The notes under the pieces: model-generated
Seen by the model: the letters and a program-made list of their open reading frames with translations, nothing else
What the model was told of the DNA's origin: nothing
Database searches by the model: none
Translations under genes and position numbers: made by a program
Shown: piece by piece, positions 51,815 to 64,000 of the stretch
Layout of the letters: each line of letters opens with the position of its first letter
Numbering within the stretch: the stretch's first letter is position 1
From: Sphyrna mokarran
Lineage: Eukaryota
Direction of reading: 5' to 3'
DNA: 64,000 nucleotides
NCBI GenBank assembly: GCA_024679065.1
Contig: JAGIQG010000011.1
Coordinates: 54,374,001 to 54,438,000, forward strand

Positions 51815-53889
51815 CAGAGAGTTTTGGTCAACCAGAAGGCAACCATAAACCACTGCCAGGCATAACAATGGACCAACACATGGAAGTCCATGGTCACCAA
51901 CACCCTCCTAGCGCATGGTACCTGAAGAGAGAGAGCGAGTTTCTGAGTTGGTATCACAGTACTATGAAGCATGGGACAGCAGGATTCTAAATGACATTAT
52001 CATGGTCCTGAGAACGAGAATGCAGAATATATCCAGAATGACTTGGGGTAAAGTGATATTTATGTTTGCTCCGATGTTTAATTTCAACTGCAAAGAACTA
52101 AAATAAACCTTCAAATGATATACATATAGCCAGAGATCTTCCAGTCGCGGTAGCACGAATGCTGAGATGATCGCCATCAGGATTGCAATAGAATCAAATG
52201 TCCCAGGGAACTCCAAATGACTCCGAAGTGTCTCCTGTCGATGATCCGGTCAGAACTTTTCCACACTGGTTTACTTAGCGCAGTTCCTGATAGACGTAGG
52301 AAATCAGGAGAAGTGTTTGCACATTCCCACCACCCCTGCTACTGCTTACCCCTCTACCGTCACTAGCTGGAAGTGGAACGGTTACGGGAGTTCGAGGGTG
52401 AGTCAGTGATAGCAGGGTGGTGAACAGCTTTGGGGATACAATGGAAAAGGAGTTTGCAGAGCACCAGCAGAAGAGAACTGGGATGTGAAAGAAACATTGA
52501 GGTTGCGGAAGAGGAAGCTTCACTGAAGAACGAATTGAAATGACCTGGAAAATATTGAACTTTAGTTTATGGAAACAAATGAGCCTGGGGGTGGGGGCGG
52601 TAGTTGCTGGTTGCACGTCGACTACATCTTGACATCAGGTCTCGCATTTCTCTTTGACAATTGATCCATGCTGCTGTCAGAAGTACTTGCTGCAGCTAGC
52701 GAAAAAGGTCAAAATGTCATTTAAAATCTAGCCGCGAGGTAAGACACAGCTTCGCCGCTAACAGAAAGATCCAGGCCCGATGTGCATTGTGTCCAATTCC
52801 CAGATTACTGTCCCAATGATGATAAAACAATTTAGGTGCTTGCAGACATGTTACCAAATCAGCCTGCATCTCATTGTCAAAGAACAGGCGATTTCTTTGC
52901 TGAATTATATATTTTAAATCTGAAAACCTGGACGTAAGATGATAGAAAATGAGATTCTAATATCTTGCATGTTTTAACGCCTTTATATGTATTTCTGGTG
53001 GCCATCTCTTCTGAATAATTGAAATTTCATTAATAGCCTAGTTTCTTTTACCATATTTAGTTCACAGGCCACAGCTGCACGATATTGAAACCAAGTTGTT
53101 TTGAAGACTTTATTCTAGTATGAATGTCCTAGTTTTATTCTGATTTACAGTATAAAAACAGAGGAATAGCAAAAGTAGGTTCACTCCTTTACCCTTCCCC
53201 ATCCTCCAAACAAATTGTTCTGCGGGACCTTTAGTGGCACAATCCATTCCCACTTAAACTATTAAATGACATGTGAATTACAAAAATCTACTTGAGAGTT
53301 TAGAGTCAGAGCATTGAGCAGAATAGAATAAAGCATTGGTTAACTAAACATTGTTATTTTGTATTAGTACTGGCTATTAAAATTGCACTTATATTTGATC
53401 AACTGCCTAATTGTTTCTCCTTCCCAATTATCACTGATTATGTGTTGCCGTTTCTGAGTTTTGATGTGTGATAAATGATTTAAGATGCCTTTTACAATAA
53501 GTTAAAATATAATTTATATAACATTTTTAAAGTTTGTAAAATCACTTTTAAGGATACGAATTCTCACTATCATCTGTAGCCATAATGATGGGAAGCAACT
53601 TGCTCCAAAATTTGTGTCTTTGGTAGTCTGAGCAACCATCTTGGACAAAAGTGTGAATAGTGTAAGCATAATTATTTGTGAAATATTTTCACTCATTCCC
53701 CTTCTACGGTAACAGCAGATCCCCTGGATGACAGTTCATAATACTGAGCATATTAACATGTTTTGATGTCACAGATATTTTAGTATCTTGTGACATGATA
53801 TTAACTTCATTTGGTTGTAAGTACCAGATCTATTTAGTAACAGCAAACTTCTTACAAATGTATCATCATTACATCTTAGCTATATATTT

Positions 53890-54220
53890 TATTCATTCAT
53901 TTACAGGGTGTGATTGTTGCTGGCTGGCTGGGCCAGCATTTATTTTGCATTCTTAACTGCCCTCCATTAACATATTGCTGTGGGTCAGGAATCACATGTA
54001 GGCCAGACCACAGAAGTATAGCAGATTTCCTTCCCTAAAGGATATTAGTGAACCAGATTTTTTTAAAACAACAATTGACAATGGTTTCATGATCATCATT
54101 CGATTTTTGATTCCAGATTTTTATTGAATTCAAATTTCACTCTTTGTCACGGTGGGATTTGAACCTGGGTCCCCAGAACATTACTGTGGCTTTCTGGATT
54201 ACCAGTGCAGTGATAATAAA
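53890..54220 (-). mobile_element. tRNA-derived shark SINE (same family as 2030-2300)
   Basis: ggctgggccagcatttatt...gcagatttccttccctaaaggatattagtgaaccaga...ggtgggatttgaacctgggtcccc...ctggattaccag. Confidence 0.75.
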
Positions 54221-54254
54221 TACAAGATATATTTCCTCTCTAATCATAAACATC

Positions 54255-55160
54255 TCCCAGTAAGATGGTTGTGGTTCAAGTCCCACTTGAGGGGCTTGAA
54301 TACAAAGATCTTGGTTGGCACTCCTGACAGTGCTGAGAGACAGTTGCACTTTTGGAGGTTCCATTTTTTTGGATCAGCAGTTAAATCAAGGCCCCATCTG
54401 CTCTCTCAGGTGGTCATATGGGTTGCAATGGCACTATTTCAAAGCAGAGCATGGGAGTTACCTCCAGTGTCATGGCCAATATTTATCCCTCAATCAACAT
54501 TACTAAAAGATGAAAAACATGATCTGGTCTTGTCACATTGCTGTTTGTAGGAGCTTTCTGTGCACAATTTGGCTGCTATGTTTCCCACATCACAACAATG
54601 ACTACACTTCAGAAGTATTTCATTGGCTGTAAAGTGTTTAGGATATTCTGAGGTGATGAATGGTGCCAAATTAATGCAAGTCTTCCTTTTATATATAAGT
54701 AAAGCTCAGTAAATTGGTAGGCGGGTTGGTTACCACAAGTTGAACTGTAACACGTAAACACTTTAAGCAACAATTTAAGTGCTAACTTGTTTCTCTTGTC
54801 GGTTCAAGGCCTGATCCAGGAGTTGAACCGATTATTCGGGCTGACACTTCAATAAAGCAAAAGGGTGTAATGTAATGTTGGAGAAACTGTATCTTGGACG
54901 AGATATCAAACCAAGATCTCTTTGGGGTGGATGTTAAAGACCCCTTTGCACTGTTCAGAGAACAGTCCTTCCTCAATTAACACCAGGAAAACACAAGCAT
55001 TGGTTATTTATCCTCAATGTTTTCTTTTGGATTTTGCGATGTGGAAATTAATTCTATGTTTATTAATAAAACAACATAATACTACTTTAAAAATAATACT
55101 TTTAAGAAGTGCTTTCAGGTGTCCTCAGGAGATGATTAATCATATTTTATATAAATACAT
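54255..55160 (+). mobile_element. Two Deu-domain SINEs (SacSINE1/AmnSINE1-like): about 54255-54690 and a more decayed copy at about 54800-55160
   Basis: ggttcaagtccc B box, gttaaatcaaggccccatctgctctctcaggtgg, ggccaatatttatccctcaatcaacat, and tail cattggctgtaaagtg...aatgcaagtctt. Confidence 0.75.
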
Positions 55161-58059
55161 ATCCTTGCTGACTGAAACAGTGCGAACGTAGCCCAACTTC
55201 ACTGTGGCGATAACTAACTTAAAACTTCTTTTCACAAACGTTTATAGAAAAATAAATTATTGGTTGGATATTTAAGAAATACCGTGATGTTATGCAATGT
55301 GTTAGGCTTCAAATTAATATAATTCTTTAAAGTACAATTTATATGCAACTACCTCACTCGGTTTCTGTTTTCGAGGTTGTGTCTGGATTGACAAATAGCA
55401 AATAGCGCTGATTATGCGGACGGTGATATGTTAAAAGTTGAATACCAATCTGTGTTTTGTTTAATATTGCTAATAATGTTTAATATGTTAGTACATTCAG
55501 GTTGCAGTATCCTCTAATGTTCAGCCTTTGCAAAATAAGCGAATATTAATTATTGTATAAACGTAATAAATTGACGTACGTAATGTATAAAATTGTTCAA
55601 ATTGTAGAAACCTGTAGAAGCGAAGCTAAAAATGAAATATGTGGTGTCAGTAGATACGTTAAATATGCAATTTATGTTAAATGAGCTAAACTGGCATGTA
55701 ATATACGGCACACTAATCGAAGTACGTTTATCGACACCTACCACTGATACTGAGCAAACATTAATCCAGGAAAATATAATATCAGATGCAGTGATAACGC
55801 TCCAATTCCAAATTATATGTTATTATGTAGAATGTGAGAACATATTTCACTTGCATCTTCGATCATTACAATGGAGTGTGGATTCCAATTTCTGGAGCTG
55901 TTTGACCACATTTCATACGGACACAGTAATTCGAAAATCATCTGGAAACCAACCGCGATCACAACCTAATGTGCTAATAAATCTTACATACACTCTTTAG
56001 AGAATCACTATTTTGGGTAGTTCACGCCCGATTTGCAATGATGAGCTACCTATTTATTAGTTGGGGTCCCTTTCCATGGGAACAATTTCCCTTAAAATTA
56101 TGCATTGGTTTCTAACCTGAATTTAGCAATAATATATGGAGCATTAACGCGATGTGTGATGGTGTCACAATAGGATGTTGTAACTCAGCCTTAATCTAAC
56201 ACGTGGAAACTGAGCGAGTACCGGCAACTGCTGGCTTTTCGAACTCAAACTGTTGGCAGAACTATCACTGTTGTAACACAATTTGCAGGTTTGAAGATTG
56301 TAAGATTTATTACCCCCATAATGGGAATTTCTTAACATTAATGTCAGAGAGAGACAAGTACCAGCACATTTCGGAGAATGGGTGGACGTGGTTGAACAGA
56401 CCGCGAAAAGGCTTTGTGGATCGTTTTCGACTTAGCGGAACTTTAAATTCTTGAAATGTCTTTAATCGTTGGAGGCATGAAATTGCATTGGTAAACAATA
56501 AATACAATGATACACTGTCATCTGAAGTAACCTGTTTGATACACAGAGGAGCTGATGTTCAGATAAACCTCGCGGCTGTATTCATTAAAATTGAGTCGTT
56601 ACTTTATAACATGATTGCCCCTTTTAGTTTTTTTATATATCAATAAACAACTCTCATTATCGAAAGCAGGGGGAGGAGGAGGGGAGATGTGGATATCCCT
56701 AGTCCCGTGTAAAAGTCACTGTGAGGTATTCGCTTTTCTCTGATGAATAAGTGGTAACAAAAATTCGCGCTTAAGAGATATGTTGTAAAGTGCAAAAGCT
56801 TCAAAACTGCAACATAACATGTTCTGGATTAAATCACTACATTTAAATGATATTTGTTGAATCGTTATGTTCGGCAGTTCATCTTCCGAGTAATCCATTG
56901 CATTAAGTGTACTATTTTTATTGATTATCGTTTTATTTCTATTAAGTTAACGACGGGCAGCTATTTGGCAAGGGATGAACAATCTGGCAAAAGTTGAGAG
57001 AAAAGGGGATAAAATGTGACGCGTTGTCGGGCTGATTACTCCCTAAACTATGGAGCACGAACTTTGATTCTGTTCTAGATTCCTTTGTTACCAGCAAATT
57101 TGTCGCATCTCCGCTTATTCTTTTTATATCACTGAGAATTTTTTTTGTCATATAGTATTTGTCGCTATACTGTTTCTTTCAAATAGCTTCCAGTTATTAG
57201 AAACGGAATTTGGCACAGAATACCTGGTATATTCTGTGTAGAAATCCACGCATGGAGGTCATCTGGGCCGTTCACAGGGCAAAGTATACTTTGCAGCTTA
57301 AATAATGGGATGTCTGTTTGCGAATGGAAGTCAAGCTGGTTTCTCAGTCCAGCTTCGTCAGAGAACATTGAAGCTCTGAAAGATTTTATTTTTTAAAAAT
57401 GCAGAACAACAGGAAATAAAATCTGCCGAGATAAATAAATACGTCCGTTTCGTTGGATAGTTTATTCAACGCTGATTTAGTCATGATTGTGATGGTACAG
57501 GTATTTAGTGATGGAAGTAAAGTAATACAAGTGCACGGGAGCTGAACTGTAAATGTTCAGGAATATGAATTGTCTTCGACTATGTGGTGTGTTTTTATCC
57601 CAGGTCATGGCAATTGGGTTCTTGCATTTTTGAATGAAAATGTTAATTAATGTGACTCAGGACATTTTAAGGCTTCCAGCCTCTGATTATTGTGCTAGTA
57701 TTTCTACAGAATGTCCCACCACAGATATAGTCGCTTTCATCGGAAGCATGTTAAAAAAGCGGCCTGTTTAGCCATTATTGATACATTGCAAATATAGCCA
57801 CCTTATTATTTACTGAGAGGAATTTTAGCACAATCTAGTTTTGTTTCTGCCTGTATCTATCTTATGGTGGTAAGAATACTAGGAATGGAGCACTATTTCC
57901 GTCTGCTGTGATGAATGCAAGTTTTCTCAGGAGCCTCATTTTCCCGCGTCCTCTCAGTATGGTTGGTGGTAACCATAGAAGCAAAGCTTGTTTGCAAGGT
58001 TTTCTCTTTTTGAGGCGGTACAATGAGAGATGGAGGTAGAGACAAAAAATGGAATCGGG

Positions 58060-58292
58060 AGAAGCAGCAGGCTGATTACGAGGTGTCAAAATTGCCAGGA
58101 GCAAGAAGGTGATAGCAATCAGGAGCTACAGCGGGGTGAGAAGACTGCGGCATTCGTGCGGGCAACTAATTATACATCTCATTTATCGACTCGATCAGCA
58201 GAGCTGGGGAATAGTGACAGATTGGTGAGGCAGGATCGGGAGGTGTTAAAACAATGGGGCCGGCTCGGCTTCATTACGGCATGCTAATCAGT
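58060..58292. promoter_or_regulatory. Deeply conserved enhancer-like element with clustered T-box sites (probable ortholog of the TANK-PSMD14 ultraconserved element near TBR1)
   Basis: AGGTGTCAAA 58081, AGGTGATA 58107, GGGTGAGA 58134, AGGTGTTAAA 58241, CTAATTA 58166, TGACAG 58215 and ACAATGG 58251. The sequence resembles my recollection of human uc.88/VISTA hs416, and the position 3' of TANK fits. Confidence 0.7.
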
Positions 58293-60977
58293 ACGGGCTG
58301 TGTCTGTTAGAGAGCCCAGTTATGTGCTTCTAGATAGAGAGAAAGAGATGGCTGTGTGTTGTTCAGAGTTGCCTGTTCCTCAGGTGGCGTCTCGCCAACA
58401 GGCGCTTCCCGCGCAATCAGCTGGGCGCCAAATAATGTAGGAGAACTTTTATCACCATCCGTTGAAACTAAAATAAAATATATCCTACCTGAAATCTGAT
58501 TATTTGCTACGGAAACGTCTCTCTGATCCATCATTAAACTTTAGTAGCTTTTAAGTATTTTAAAATAGCAAATATACTCCATTAACATTAATAATGTTTT
58601 TAAATGGTTCTTTCGACTTTTAGTATTTTTAACATTGAGATTTCAAGCGTATCTTCTTGCCGGTGCAGGCAACACTGCAAATACCAATGTGTGTGACAAC
58701 ATAAATTAGCCGTAATACCACATTGAATTCAATCAGCTGGATGTTTGAAATCATGTGCAGGAGTGGTAATTGCACGTTGCAAACAATAATCAAATTTAGT
58801 TAAAATAATTATTCAGGAGCCCTGAGTTAACCTGACACTTCCGCAACAAGATTCTATGTACATAGACAGACAAGGTGTTGCTAAGTATATACTAATATGT
58901 GTATATACAAAGATATAGGTATAATTTTCAATTATTTACATCATCTAATTGCTTCATACATCGTTGTTTCCATTTCTCGATGTGTTTATATATATATATT
59001 CCATTGCATTGAAGGCTCATTTTATACGTATGTTTTTAGATTTATGCATACAGTAAAATCAGGAGAGAATTGCTATCTAGTCCTGGTACTTTCCTTCAAT
59101 AAATTCAGCGCTGCATTTCGTATTTACTGAATATATAATGTTCTTATCTAAGTAAAAGTATGCATTTGAATTATAATTGTCTGTTCACTTGGAGATGGCA
59201 CGTATAGAGTTCCGTGTACCTTTAAAACCATACGCTGCTAAGATGACTGAACAGAAATGTCGCAGTTTATGCAGGAATCGGCAGTAAACGCTAATTGTAC
59301 ACACGATGTATCATATTTAGCGGTCAAGAAGTAAAATTAACCCTTCAACATTCAAATAATCCGAACAAAACTTGCATGATGCAAGTATTACTGCCGGTGT
59401 CATATATTCATTATCACATAGTTTATTTATTAAGAACAGACTCTAGGCCGTCACCGTAATAAACACTCATGTTTTGCATTTCTGAACGTTATTGATAAAA
59501 TAAAAAATGTTTTCACATCTTCACTGCGACAAAAAGCGTCACGGTTCAGCAATAGGGATTTTTTTATTGATTCAACTATCTTTAGATTCCAAATTATGAA
59601 ATACAATAAGTGGGGAACTATTTTATTCAGTAAGAATGCTAACATAATATAGTCTATAAAAACACTGCTGCTGTAGCAACTTATAATTACAAATAATAAA
59701 TCAAATCCGTGATTATTCATTCTGGCAGATCGTGTTTAAATTATTAATTTATCGGATAAACATTTTGTTGAAAGGCCGACAGATGCCTGATGACATTCTA
59801 ATCATGTTTGTCTTAAGGTGGTTCTTTACGCTCGCAATGCACAAACCGAATCATGCAATTAATATACACGTGTACTGTTGAAATACAGGGAATTTTCTTT
59901 CAATTATTATGTGTTAGATTGCTTTTAAAACTAAAATTACTAAGGTTAGCAGCACAATATACCTCTTAGAAGGTCACGATACCAGTGGACTTTTTTAAGT
60001 TATGGCTACATCAAGGCCTATATCAGAACGCTTCCGGTTCCTGGTCACATTCTGGAAAGTCCATCTGACATTGAATACCCCCACAAACTCAAATATAAAA
60101 ACCGAAAATACCTACAGATTATTCAATAAAGAATCGTCTGACAAAAATCGCACTTCGTTGTCGCCCTGTTATTAAATGCAATTTGATTTAGGCTTCTCAA
60201 ATTTTCTAGCTTGCAGTAAACTAATTATATAACATTAGCATATTCAGACGCCTATGGACTATTTTGAATTAGGTGTTAAATAGACCTAAGTGAGCCAAAC
60301 TGCCTTTAAAAGCACAGCATGACCATGTAATTCTTTTTCCAGTTTTTTGGAACGAAACGACAAAACTTCTTTCCAAGTAGCTATCACCCACATTTAGTGT
60401 GAAAAGTACTGTAATTGTAATTCACGCTGTCGGGTCTGTCAGATGTTCTCGAGTTGCTGAAGCTTTCTTTAAAATGGGAAAACTGCCAAATGCACTGTGA
60501 TATCTCAATCAAGCATTCCAGAGTCAGGTTTGAGCTAAGGTAGCATCTGCAAACGCATGTAAATTGCCAATTAATACATTAGCATCTCCCAAAATTTAAA
60601 AAAATCAAAAAATCTGAGATTCCTAGTAGCAACCTTAACAACATAATGTGCCTCTTGCCTAAACAGACGAACACTAATTACACTCTAGGGATTTTTGAAC
60701 ACAACACGGGTTCGCAGAGTATTGTTTGGAAAATATGTACCTTTATGGATTTTCAAAATCATTTTTTCAGGAATTTAGTAACGGCAATATTTTTTATCAG
60801 CAAACATTCACTAATTTAGTCAACTGCTTTTTGCTGGATGTTATCATCGGTTTTATTAAATTAGCCAATTTACAGAGAGCGATTAATTATACACCATAAC
60901 TTCCTAAAACTTTGTTTAATTTGTGGGTTCAGATGTTTCTTATAGGGTAAAGTGAGTGAGTACAGTCATAGTATAGT

Positions 60978-61286
60978 ACAGCATAATTAAGGATTCCACG
61001 CACCCCGAACATACTTACTTCCACTTTCGCTCAGGAAAAAGGTACAAAAGTCTGAGGACACCCACCAACCGACTCAAGAACAGATTTTCCCTGTTGCCAT
61101 CAGACTTTTGAATGGACCTACACGCATTGAGTTGTTCTTTCTTTACACCCTAGCTATGTAACACTACACTCTACACTCTCTCCTTTCCTTCTCTATGAAC
61201 TGTAAGCTTTGTCTGTATAGCGCGCAAGATACAATACTTTTCACAGTATTCCTAATACGTGACAATAATAAACCAAATCAAATCAA
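60978..61286 (+). mobile_element. Rex1/Babar-clade LINE 3' end
   Basis: SIIKDSTHPEHT..SGKRYKSLRTPTNRLKNR..PVAIRLLN peptide, then a 3' UTR ending gtgacaataataaaccaaatcaaatcaa. Confidence 0.75.
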
Positions 61287-64000
61287 TCTCCCTACGGTTA
61301 CAAAGCGCAATATGTATTAGCTTAATAAGTAGTAGAATAAATAAAACATACGTTGCCCAATTCTGAGGCCCAGATTTAGTTTCAAATTACTTCCAGATAA
61401 ATTTGTTCGCCAAGTCCAATGTAAATATTTTAAAATGCTCGAACTGGATATTGCACGTTTGCGCTTTCAGCTTACAGTTGAAGACCTCTGGGACACAGGA
61501 TATGTTATCTCTCTGGGTAATGTAAATCGCTTTTTCAATCAAAACAGGGCACAAAGCTTCAACAATTGTTCTAATACTCTAAATGTTTGTAATACATCCG
61601 TTGTTTTATTTGGAAACGTGAAAAGTTCTTTCGTTCTGATTTAATTGTGCCAATAAATATATCACACAGAAACAGCATTGACTGAGACATTCCCCACTCT
61701 TTTTTGCAAACACATCTTGTAAGCTAATAAAGTGCAACTTTTGGCAATACAACCGCTGTACTGCCTTATAGTTGTCATTATACACCCTTACCCATGTTAA
61801 AGATTTAATGTATACATTATAGCTTACTTTCAATTGAATATTCACATAACATCAATGGTTGTTGCCAGAGGATTGGCATATCTAAGATCGCCTGACAGAC
61901 AAAAACGATGAGAGCGGTTATCTTAAAGCCGTAATTATTTTGTAACTATATAGCTAATATTATCAATGAAAGGCTGCACAAGAAGTAGGAAGACTGAATT
62001 TTGCATATTTATTGGAATTTAATATATAACATCTGTATTACCAATTGATTTCTTAAGATGATTTGCGATATACGAATTAAAGTGTTGGAATTGCTGCGGT
62101 TATTTCTAGATCGGTTCCAACTTTTATAAATCTTTCAAAGAATGTTCATGTTTATTTCGAACAATGAACGTTCATTATTGAGGTAGACTTTGCGATAGTT
62201 TTGTTGAAAGCATTTTCTTACATTGTGGCTTATAACACAAATTTGTCCCATAATATATGTTCCTTTTAAAATGTTTCATACATCAGAGAACGTGAACAAA
62301 CTTTTTGTTCAAGAATCGCATAAGTGGGACGCAAAATAGCAATATATTTTGAAACGGGTTGAAACAACGGGTTGAGATGTAAATGTCGTATTGATTTTTT
62401 AAAACGTAAAGCTTCAGTTAACCTGTTTAAACATGAGTGTAATTCTTGGTGAACATGTCTTAACTCCATCTCATATCCTTCTATTGAGGTTGTACTGTAT
62501 TGCTGTGCAAAATATATTAGAATACTACTTTTGTCTCTGAGATATTTGTTATAAAAATCAATCTAACACAACTTCGAAAACAAAATTAAAAATGCATTGT
62601 TAGTTTATATTGTAGGAGCATCAAAATAAATCGATCCCATTGCACCTGTGAATCTACTTCATTGTTCTAAAGCAGTTGGCATTTCTTTTGAATATAGCTA
62701 CATTATAGTATTTATTTCCAAAGTTATGTTCAAGTTATGGTATAATTCTTTTGGTTGTTGCTGACAGAGCATCACGATCTGGTTAGTATTTTACAGAATA
62801 CATTCAGATCTCATCTGGAGAGCATATAGGAAGTATGAACACAAAGCATAATGGTCTGATTTTGTAGAAATTCAGCCATTTTTTTTAATTCACACTGTCT
62901 CCTGCCAAACTGAAGATTGAACCTGAATAAGATCAGATACATTTAGATCAGTGTTAGAAAATGAAGCCAAAAAAAAACAGTATTCCTTATCATTTACTGA
63001 AAATATTCAGTTTATAAACTGTTTCCAATCAGGCTTGCCCCGTGCTTCAATGTATTTTGATGATATTTGATTGAGACAAACAAATTACTTGATCTTTTAT
63101 AAGTTAGTGGAGGAACCAATTTTATGTATACTATTGATCTGAGTTTCTAATCATCATTTAAAATATTGATAGAGTTTACATGAAAGCAAAAAAAAGTTGT
63201 TTTCCTATCTTTTAATCTATTTCACCTAAAACTATGCTTATTGACTCCCATTGAGTAACATTATTGAAAATTGATGTCTAAATTGTAATTGAGTTATTCA
63301 GTTTCTGCATCAAACATAAATGGTTATTAGTGCAAGATTTGCAAGCTTTAAGCAGGTATAAAGATTACTCTTTTCCTCATGTCACATTAGATATATAGAT
63401 AAAATTCATATTAGAAACAACTAATTTTATGTGTTTAACTTCTTTTAAAGGATTCAGACAATAATACAATCAATGACATGACAAGGCAATGAGGATAACT
63501 TTATAAATGTAGCATATGTAACTCAACTGTTATGGTCTTGACTGAATTATGGAAATATCTTTAATAGAGTGCAATTTATTGGGGAGCTTGTCTAGAGATG
63601 CAATGACATTTGAGGATCAGAGAGAAGTTTCAGCATTTTATTTCCTTGACCTATAGTTAATCACTCCCTTCAGGGATTAAACAAATTGGAAAGTGTTGTT
63701 GGCAGCACAGATTCTGTCTGTCCCTATAGAAAAGAGTGGATTCTTTAAAAACAGTTATGTTTTTATTTGATACCTTGAGGTGTTCATATGACACAAATCT
63801 TCTGAGTCCCATCAGTCAACAGTTTATCAGCAAATATTTCAAGATAAGATTAGTCTAGAAGATGTTTAGATCCAATAGAACAGGTTTTCTGATTGCTTAC
63901 AACTAACTGATGTCTGTAAGGTAGGTGATTAGAAAAAGATGTTTATGATTTAATGTTCCATTCAATTTTCTATTTGGATTTCAAATTGGCAATAGAAGAA

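Noticed and set aside
52275-52616. 113-aa minus-strand ORF in the GC-richer island
   Set aside because: No recognisable homology or exon structure, so it is treated as incidental.
58030-58287. 85-aa ORF over the conserved element
   Set aside because: No recognisable protein, and the signal is better explained by transcription-factor motifs. It would need Ribo-seq or codon-conservation support.
40000-64000. PSMD14 or TBR1 exons expected from synteny
   Set aside because: No JAMM/MPN or T-box coding sequence was recognised. These genes presumably lie beyond the window.

Overview
This is vertebrate genomic DNA, not prokaryotic. The repeat content (HE1-type tRNA SINEs, Deu-domain SINEs, CR1/HER1 LINEs, Penelope remnants) points to a shark or other elasmobranch. 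The left 39 kb holds six coding exons of TANK on the + strand (517-665, 8313-8504, 13191-13267, 18363-18478, 20917-21464, 39092-39259). They splice in frame with GT-AG junctions and encode a coiled coil, the TBK1/IKKe-binding helix, the PIQCTD TRAF motif and the C-terminal CEFC...HLNSHF zinc finger. The start codon lies upstream of the window. Introns and the 3' flank contain many decayed transposons, including a near full-length Jerky/Tigger-like pogo element nested in a SINE. About 55-62.5 kb is TE-poor and CpG-retaining, and contains a T-box-site-rich element at about 58.06-58.29 kb resembling the ultraconserved TANK-PSMD14/TBR1 enhancer. The most unusual object is a 304-bp polyadenylated retroposon at 51511-51814 (-) whose head is U2 snRNA nt 1-37, with a second internal U2 copy. 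Nearly all ORFs in the supplied track are spurious or TE-derived. Repeat boundaries are by-eye estimates, and family and orthology calls rest on recalled sequences rather than database searches.
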